A DNA stretch of 64,000 nucleotides, taken from positions 132,122,001-132,186,000 of the forward strand of contig OX597818.1 of NCBI GenBank assembly GCA_951406725.2, read 5' to 3'. Shown in pieces: positions 55,009 through 64,000 of the stretch. Within the stretch, counting starts at the first letter, position 1. Each line of letters begins with the position of its first letter. The stretch is from Octopus vulgaris. Taxonomy: Eukaryota. The position numbers and the translations under genes are program-made. A model generated the notes under the pieces. The model was not told the DNA's origin. It worked only from the letters and a program-made list of their open reading frames with translations, and did no database searches.

Positions 55009-56955
55009 TATTCATATAAAACCTCGTATTGTATGATATGGTATTAATTAATGGTACCTTCAAAGAATCTGTACCACAAATGACTCACAACTATCTATAA
55101 TCAGAATTACATGTGAAAGGGGAAAAATAATCAAGCAAGAACAAAAACAAAGTTGCAAAATTTTTAAAAAGTAGAAATAAGAATTAATAAAAACACATAG
55201 AAAATAAAAAGACGACTTACATGGCTTGGCCGCTTTCCAACAGCTCAAAGAATTGATTAAATCATCCAGAGCAAAACAGATAATAATGTCAGTCCTTTTA
55301 GGAATTCTTTCTAATTAGAGAAAGCATTACTTTATGCAGTAGATACTATTATTTCTCAGAGAATAGCCTTTTACTTTCTTTTATAGAGACCCTACTGATG
55401 TATTAATCTTCTGATGTGTTTTTCTTTTTTTAATTTATTTCATTTATTATTTTTTTTTATCAATAATCATTATAGAATTGAAGAGTAAATTACCTGTAAA
55501 TACTTAGCTAGTGTAAAGATAGTTTCTTTCTTTAACACTCCCAGAATTTTGAACATGTTAAAACACCATTATTAATTACATTCATAATAGCTTTACATCA
55601 TCTTAACCTTGGTTATCTTCGAATAAGAATTATATATTAGAACAGGATTATAATTTTGTATCTTAATTGAGACTCAAGAGATTTATGGTACATGTTGCAT
55701 TAACAGGAATAAAGCATTGTAGTATTATTTGCCTTATTTACATGGATTATATATTCTTATTTTTGAAATAGAAATGTTGATTTATCTTCTATTGTTAGGA
55801 GTAATATTTTAAGTAGTATTAACCTCCTATTAAATTCTTTGTGGTTTTTTCTGTATAGATCAGGATAATGAGCGAGAATTTAGCCTGTTAGGTTTTAAAA
55901 ATAGTTTCAGTGCAACTGGATCACTTAAATTTGTTATTTGAAGATTCTAATTTCTTGGCATGTTTAGTTTAGAAAAGAATCTATTGGGGCAAATTCTCAA
56001 CTGAGACAGTCTGAATTTTAGGTGCAACTAATTATAATTGTTTTGTACACTGTTGCCAAAATAGTTGTCATTTTAAAGACTTGTGACTTGTATGCATGAA
56101 TATCCATAGTTAAGCTTGTTAGATATTTGTAGTAAGTGGGTTGGGTATTTTTTTTAAAATCCTGAATGATATGCCTTTCAACATTTGTCTGTCCCATGGG
56201 TGTCAGATTAAAGAGACTTTATAATACATTCCTAATAATTTATGATTTTGAGTCATGAAAATTTGCATGTAATAATTTGATGGGCTTCACAGACAAGATG
56301 ACACAAGATTGAACAATATGGCAATATGGTGCTGCAGACTCACCCAAAATTTGTCAGTATGAACAAAACAAATGTTAATATTAAATTGCTAAGATTTCTT
56401 AAATACAAAATGTTCATTGTAAATTACGGTAATGAAAATTTCGTTTCTAAGATTGCTTGCAAGGAATTTATTTTCTTCAAAAATTTTATAAGCCATGATT
56501 TACCTATGAATTAACATCTTAGAATAAAATGAAAAGTGGTTGGAAGTAATTACTTTCTATTTTAAAAGTAATTTTGTTAAAACTTAAAATTTTGTTAAAA
56601 GTCCACTTATAGTCATTTTTTTCCCTTCTTTAGTTCATTCCTTTCTAAATTGCATAGATACTATTACAAAAGTTTTGGTTTCATCTGTATCTAAAATCTA
56701 AAAGGTGATAAAATATATGTAGGAACCAGAATGTTGTTAGTATCATTACATTTCTATAAAATAATATGAGGAGTGGGAGTTTTGCTCATAGAATCACAAG
56801 AGTGTCAGTATTTGTTCTTGTTTTTTACATTCTAAGTGTAAGGCCTAGTATGATCAAATACTTGGATAGATGGTATCTAATAACCACAATCCCCTCTATA
56901 TTACTGAACTTGTGTCTAAATCACAAACCATTATTATTATTATCATTATTATTGT

Positions 56956-57180
56956 TAAAGCAGTGAGTTGGCAAAATTGTAAGCATGCAAGGCAAAATTG
57001 TAAGCATGCAAGGCAAAATGCTTTGCAGTATTTTATCTGTCTTTATATATTGAGTTCTAATTCTGCTGAGGTCAACTTTGCTTTTGGAATTGATAAGTTT
57101 CACTTGAACTCTGGGGCTAGTATAATTGACTTACTCTCCCACTCCACAAAATTGTTGGCCATGTGCCAAAGTTTGAAATA
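56956..57180 (+). mobile_element. Old family B-related SINE with a 21-bp internal tandem duplication
   Basis: gcagtgagttggcaaaattgt head; ggcaaaattgtaagcatgcaa twice (56970-57011); gaggtcaactttgc. Confidence 0.6.
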
Positions 57181-58344
57181 ATTATTATTATTGTCATGAT
57201 TGTTTATTCTGGATGCATGCATTTTCCCTTAGATGATATTTTCTTCCAGGAATACAAAATAAAAAATATTTTTGCAAATATCAATTTTACTAAATTTATT
57301 TGTGATTCAATGTGGCCATCTCTAGGGTTACAGGAGTAGGGACTAGTCTCAAAGGTGGTAGAAGCAATTACCCTACCCAAGTTTTGAAAATTTTGAAAAC
57401 ACAAAAATGGGTTTAAAAAGAAAAAGATAAACAGGAAAATATTGGTGATAAAAGGAGCAAATTCCCCATAAACTCTATCAGTTACAATTTGATATGTATT
57501 ATGTATATGGGTCCTTGTAGTCAATAAAGAAGGGATTGCTAATTGCTGGTGTTATTGTTATGTTAGAATGAGCAATATGGTCTTCAACTAGCAGGAGGCA
57601 TGGTACATCTTGACCTATATGATTGAGGTTAGCTATGTAATAACAACAATGATGATGATGAGGATAATTTCTTACATAGACACAGCATGTTTGTGGGTAG
57701 AGAGTTAGTCAACCATATTGGCTCTAGTACTGGTATTTTATTTAATCGAACCCCAAGGAGATGAAATGCAAAGTTGGCCTTAACAAAATAGTGCAAAGCA
57801 TATTGTTCAATGCTAAACTGATTCTGCTAACCCACAATATTAATAATGATCTTTAAAAACCCATTAATTAGTATGTGACATATAATGAAAATCATAAACA
57901 TCTAATGAGTAATTTTTATTTTACTCTTTAAAGTGTTTATGAATACTTCTAATCTTCCACCTTAAAAAAAAATCACTATGTTTCAATTAGTTTGAAAATA
58001 CTTAAGAATTCATAGGGATCGATTAAAATGATTATCTTTTTTCCTTATTAAAATGCACCTTATGGAAAGGTTCTTTCATAAAATTATGAAAGAAGGGTCT
58101 TAATGTAAATATAAATAGCTTAAAATGGGGTATTATGTATGATGGGACTAAGTTTCAAGCAGGTTCATCATATCAAAACAACTATTATAATAAAGAACAA
58201 CAAAGGCAGAAATAAGTCCTCAAAGAGCATAAGAATAAAAGTGCCTCCATTAAGGTTTTGGTTGTGTGGCACATGCATTGAATAAACATGAAGTTAATAA
58301 GTGGTAACTCATGGAGCTAACTACATAGATAACAAATGTTCATT

Positions 58345-58662
58345 TATTCTTTTCATTGTTTCAGTCATTTGACTGCAGCCATGCTGGAGCACCACCTTTA
58401 GTTGAGCAGATCGACCCCATGACTTATTCTTGTAAGCCTAGTACTTATTCTAGTGGTCTCTTATGCCAAACTGCTAAGTTACAAGGATGTAAATCACACA
58501 AACATTGGTTTTCAAGCGATGGTTGGGGGACAAACACAGACACACAAACATTTATATATATATGGCAGACTTCTTTCAGTTTCTGTCTACCAAATCCACT
58601 CACAAGGTTTTGGTTGGCCTGAGGCTATAATAGAAGACACTTGCCTAAGGTGCCACGCATTG
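58345..58662 (-). mobile_element. SINE family A, head truncated
   Basis: Reverse complement of the 61340-61680 and 655-1020 body. Confidence 0.85.
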
Positions 58663-59474
58663 GGTACTATCAAAAGAGAAATTCTTTTCTCTACTCACCA
58701 CACTAACTTATTTACATTTTATGAACCGATTTTCACTGATGCAAACTACCACAAATCTCCTTTCATATTAAAAGTCTCTGATTTCAGAATTAAAGGATGA
58801 GTTCACTTCGTAAGAAAATATCCTTCTACATTACCAAGATCGTAATCCATAGATTTAAATTGCTTCTTCCATTTCTGTCCAAATTTATTTCAAGTATAAA
58901 ATTCATTAAAGTTATCATAAATGAAATTACTTTTATAACAAATTTTTTTTTCAAATTTAAAAAATTGATATAACAGTAGTAAACGAAAAGTAAAGAGTAA
59001 ATTATGCTCTCCATCCCCACCCTCAGAAAACAAAGTTCATATAATAACTTATTTATAACAGATGTGACATGAAATGTAATAGATAAGTTAATCCTCTAAC
59101 CTTTTTATCCATAATTACCAGGCTCAAAAGAATGCATAAAAAAGGGTTTATCTACAAATCTGAAGTATAACAGATTAGATTAGAGATTTTAAAAAAATGT
59201 ATTATAAGAAACATGACACAAAAGCCTGATTATTATTATGAAAAATTTTTTTCTTAATGGTATTCTAGCTATTAGTTGCTAATTGTGAATGAAAAATATA
59301 TCTGTGAAGTTAGTACAGTAAAGCTTTTTATCCAGATAATTTGGTGGGAGGATAAAGAATATCTATTTATTCTATGCAACTGTAGAGTGAATAGTATCAG
59401 TTACAGGCTTTCTCATTATGATACACACACACACACATATATATATATGTATGTATATTGGTATATCGATAGAC

Positions 59475-59511
<37 letters not shown>

Positions 59512-59609
59512 TATAGATGAATGTATGTATACACAGACATGCATATATAAGTGCGAATTATATATATATATATATACATATATAAAGTATATGTGTATGT
59601 ATGAAATAC

Positions 59610-60000
59610 TCATGGGGTGCACACAGAACAGTGAGAATCCAAACAATAATGTATCTATTCATCTGTAATGTGTTTTGGCAGATTCAAATGTGAATATCTG
59701 ATCACTGTTGTCTTTTTTTTTTGTCATTGGAAACACCTCTTCACTTTAGACAATGTATATTGTTAACATGTGATTCAAGGGACTTTGAGACACCTGGTGT
59801 TTCAACCTTAGTGTTTCAAACTCCTCAGTCAAAGTACCCACACCGGTGAATTTCATGTATTATGAACACATTGTCAAAGGGAGGTGTTCTCAAATAAAGC
59901 AACAACTATCATATATTCACATTTAAACCTGTCAGAACATAACAAAAATGAATAGATATATCTTTGTTTTAATTCTTACTGTTCTGTGTGCACCCTATGA
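59610..60000. mobile_element. Foldback element: ~170-180-bp imperfect inverted arms
   Basis: tcatggggtgcacacagaacagtgagaat... pairs with ...attcttactgttctgtgtgcaccctatga; complementarity continues in blocks (tatctattcat, aaatgtgaatat, aacacctc, gacaatgt, actttga) to the centre. Confidence 0.85.
59782..59835 (-). ncRNA. Type I hammerhead ribozyme-like motif at the hairpin apex
   Basis: Minus strand ACUUUGA-CUGAGGA-GUUUGAAACACUAAGGUU-GAAA-CAC-CAG-GUG-UC-UCAAAGU: perfect 7-bp stem I, intact CUGANGA/GAAA core, stem III, GUC site; stem II weak. Confidence 0.6.
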
Positions 60001-60587
60001 ACCATTATTTGTTTGGAAGAAATCATCACACATCAACAAATAATTTACTTGCTGATTTTTATATGCAAGAGTTCGTACAGAGCAGCTTTGACTATGAAGT
60101 TATGCAATAAGATTGAAACACCATGGTGTAACAAAGTTTTCTTACACTGCTATAGATGTCTGCAGTAATATATAGATTCACAGTTTGCATTTGTAAGCAA
60201 TACTTTGTTAGGCCATCTTTAACTATTAAGTGGTCTAAATGATAATAGCAAAAATAGTTGCAGCAAGGTTTTGGAATAATCAACTTGTAGTTATAAGCAG
60301 TGGTGCCACTATAGACTTGACTTATGCAGACGTGTTTAAACTGTGTTAGAATAGAGAAAAAAATATAGATTTTAATACAATAATAATAATAATAATTCTG
60401 ATCTTAGAATTGGAAAGTCGCAAACAGGAAGACAGAAAAATAATGAAGTTAGATTTATATGCCTCAACTTTAAAAGATTGATATAATTATTCATTCCTGA
60501 AATCAATAAAATAAATTGACAATTATAATTTTCCAAGTATAACAAATTAATTGCAACCTATTGCTAGATTGATGTTGCTACTTTACA

Positions 60588-60725
60588 TTCTTCTTCTTCT
60601 TCTTCTTCTTCTTCTTCTTCTTCTTCTTCTTCTTCTTCTTCTTCTTCTTCTTCTTCTTCTTCTTCTTCTTCTTCCTCCTCTTCTTCCTCCTCCTCCTCCT
60701 CCTCATCATCATCATTATTATTATA
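60588..60725. repeat. (TTC)n(CTC)n(ATC)n(ATT)n graded microsatellite
   Basis: Direct reading. Confidence 0.95.
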
Positions 60726-61283
60726 TAATACAAATATCAAGTGAAAGGCAAATTCAATAATTTGGTTCTTTTGACACCTAAATGTTAGCTTAGCATTCTC
60801 TTAGGTCTTCTAATTCTATTATATGAGTTTTCTCTTTTTAAAAGAATTCAAATAAATGATTGGCTGCTTTCTTAACTTCCCTCTCCACCCATTAGATTTA
60901 CAGCATTCCTCTTGTTCCAATCATTGAATTTTGCTTCCATACATTCACTCAATCAGTCAGTTAGCTAGCTTTGCCTGTGACAGTAGCAGGAGCAACAGAA
61001 TTTATGTAGATCTTTCAGTAAGTAGTCTGCTGCAGAAAGTTTTATTTACAAAACTCTAGATTTGCTTTCATGTTTACACACCCACATACACTCATATGTA
61101 TGTGTGAGTGTCTGTGTATGAACACACACACATATATCTTAATATGTGATTGTATATGTATGTGTGTGTGTGTGTATATATATATATTTATATACACACA
61201 CACACACATATATATATGAGTATATGATTGCATATGTGTGTGTGTGTATGTAAATATATATATATATATATATATTATAAATA

Positions 61284-61480
61284 GGTGCAGGCATGGCTGT
61301 GCAGTAAGTAGCTTGCTTACCAACCACATAGTTCCGGGTACAGTCCCACCGCATGGCACCTTAGGCCAGTGTCTTCTAATATAACCTCAGGCCGGCCAAA
61401 ACCTTGTCTGTGGATTTAGTAGATGGAAACTGAAAGAAGCCCATCATATATATTTATATGTATATATGTATACATATATA

Positions 61481-61525
<45 letters not shown>

Positions 61526-61682
61526 GCATGTGTGTATATATGTTTGTGTCTGTGTTTGTCCCCCTATCATTGCTTGACAACCGAAGTTGGTGTGTTTATA
61601 TCCCCATAACTTGTGGTTCATCAAAAGGGACCTATAGGATAAGTACTAGGCTCACAAAGAATAAGTCCTGGGGTAGATTTGT
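61284..61682 (+). mobile_element. SINE family A, tail truncated
   Basis: ggtgcaggcatggctgtgcagtaagtagcttgc head through gaataagtcctggggtagattt. Confidence 0.85.
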
Positions 61683-61803
61683 AGAGTATGCATCTATCAA
61701 ACTTCGAAGTCCCTGTCAATCTTTTTCTTAAAGCTTAAGAATAAATCAACAAATCAATATTTATATATGAACTTCTAAGGCATTTTTATCTCTCTCTCTC
61801 TCT

Positions 61804-61842
<39 letters not shown>

Positions 61843-62097
61843 GGTACACACACACACACACATGCATGCACACATATGTATACTTATGCATGTTCATGTG
61901 CCTGCTTGTCTTAACATTGCCTAATAGTTGCTGTGATGCAAGTGGTGTGATTCATTTCCAGTCTCCTGTGAAAATCTGTCTGAGCAAAGGAAATTTTACC
62001 TTACTTGGAAACACGTGAGGGCTAGCGACAAGAAGGACTGCTGGCCATAGAAAAACTGCCTCGAGGAATTCCGCCTTATCCATGTAAGCATGGGAAA

Positions 62098-62360
62098 ATA
62101 TAAACTTAGATAAACTTAGATATGTTTCGACCAAAGATTGGTCCAGGCCATGTCTAACTTAATAGCACCACCTGATAGGATTATTCGAATCCTGTTTAAG
62201 TCAAGTTTTGTTTAAGTCAAGTTTTGTTCAAGTAGTGAGTTCTTGTTAGGTGAGTTGTATCCAGTTTTGTTCAAGTAGTGAGTTCTTGTTGGGTGAGTTG
62301 TATCCAATTATGGGTGGCTTATCTGGTATTCTTCGAAGGAATCTATCCAGACTCCGTTTA
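62098..62360 (-). mobile_element. 3' end of a CR1/L2-group LINE
   Basis: Minus frame KRSLDRFLRRIPDKPPIIGYNSPNKNSLLE (ORF2 C-terminus-like), 3' stem-loop gaccaa-tct-ttggtc, tandem tail (tctaagttta)2. Confidence 0.65.
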
Positions 62361-63372
62361 ATGTAAGAAATATTTGAAAAGGAGAGCTCTTTAATGACTC
62401 AAGCATCAAAGTTTGGACTGAAACAATCTGGACATACAATATTATTTTTAATAAAATTAAAAAAAAAAACATTGTTTAATTGACATTAAACTGTGTGTTT
62501 AGTTGATGATCATCACTACAATTGGCAGGTTAGTGATGGTATTTGTCGTCATTAATTGAATCACAAATTAATAATATCAAAAGAGTTTTATGTTAGAGTA
62601 CATTTGTTTGGAGAAAAGAGATGTTAGATGCAGTAGAATACAGTAAGTAGTGATTGTGTAGAAGTCAGTTGTAACATCTTAAAACCAAAATCCCATTTTA
62701 TGTTTTATAAATACTGTGTATGTTGATAAGGTATAGTAATAATAATATAGTAAACATTTCACTTGAAATTTTATAAAGAAATTTTAAAATACTGTACCCT
62801 CATCTTGTGTGTCAGGCTCCAAGCACAAGCAACTATGGAAGTATCAGTACCCCTAGACCATATGTATCTCTAAGTATTTCATTATCTATTGATGAATAGA
62901 TTTAACTTCATATGTATGTAATTCATTTCTCATTCTGGATTTTAAGCTTGAAGAAGTCACACCTCTCACCCAAGAAGGCAATATATTCATTCAATGTTAA
63001 AATGATCATTTGAAGTCATCATCATAATAATCACCATCATTGTCATCATCATTTTAACATCTATTCTATGCTAGCAAAGCTTTCAATTGGTCTGAGATAC
63101 ATAATCTCTCAATGCCATTTTGATCATTAAGATCTCATTTGCTAAGTCCAAAGTTCTTAGATCTCACCTAAATGCTTCCTCACAAATCTTTTAGTTTAAA
63201 CCTCTAACAGATATGTTCCACCATTATCAAGTCATGATTCCTTTTCATTCTGTTTGTTCATTGTTGATTAGAGGTGGATTTTCATATGGTTATTATTATT
63301 GGATCTGTACTTGTGTAGTCATACACATGTGCACAATGTACATGCAGACACTCATGCACACATACACATACT

Positions 63373-63482
63373 TGTATGTATGTATGTAAGTATGTATGTA
63401 TGTATGTATGTATGTATGTATGTATGTATGTATGTATGTATGTATGTATGTATGTATGTATGCATATATGTATGTATGTATG
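63373..63482. repeat. (TATG)n microsatellite
   Basis: Direct reading. Confidence 0.95.
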
Positions 63483-64000
63483 TGGTGTCCTGTACTCATA
63501 TATATATATATATATGCATGTATATATACATATAGATGTAGGTACATACATATATGTATGTATGCATATATTTTATTTATTAAATTATTATATGACTGAG
63601 CGCCCTCGCGTTGTTTCGTTTCTTTTCTCCAAGTAAGTTTTTATATATATATATATATGGTTATATCTATATACATGCATTTATATGGCTATACTTTTAT
63701 GTATACATTCATGTTTGTATGTTTATACACACACACACACACACATATACAAACATAAATGCACATATTCCTACTCTCACTCTCTTCTTCTTTCTTTCCA
63801 ACACATGCATAATTGTAGTTGCACCTAGCTCATTACTCAATATATATCAAAGTAGATATCTGTTCGACATTGCCAGCTTTCTTCACACACACGCACACTA
63901 CTTCTATATCAAGGATTACTTCTAACACTGATTTCATTTTGGCTCTATGATTATATCTACTGATGTCTTTCAGTTTGGATCATTATGATAAACTTTGCAG

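Noticed and set aside
62120-62150. Hammerhead-like gaccaa-tct-ttggtc-GAAAC on the minus strand
   Set aside because: No CUGANGA core; better explained as the LINE 3' stem-loop.
63970-64000. Possible splice acceptor (tttgcag) at the window end
   Set aside because: Downstream sequence not visible; cannot be supported.

Overview
AT-rich, microsatellite-saturated eukaryotic genomic DNA. The SINE families and repeat density look like a coleoid cephalopod, most likely Octopus (inference from pattern recognition, not a search). Only one host coding segment is supported: a 1482-nt phase-1/phase-1 internal exon (15035-16516, +) of a C2H2 zinc-finger transcription factor, interrupted at the HTG|E linker. 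No other exon was recognised, so the rest is probably intron. That space holds tRNA-derived modular SINEs (several with clean TSDs), piggyBac- and hAT-type MITEs, a full-length but dead DD36E Tc1-type transposon, RTE, CR1-like and Dong/R4 LINE relics, and a Penelope-like end with a minimal hammerhead. The most unusual signals are (i) a ~390-bp foldback element with a hammerhead-ribozyme-like core at the apex of its hairpin (59610-60000) and (ii) two independent palindromes in which flanking DNA is mirrored around a tiny retroelement 3' tail, suggesting snap-back synthesis during aborted retrotransposition. Nearly all other ORFs in the track are microsatellite artefacts.
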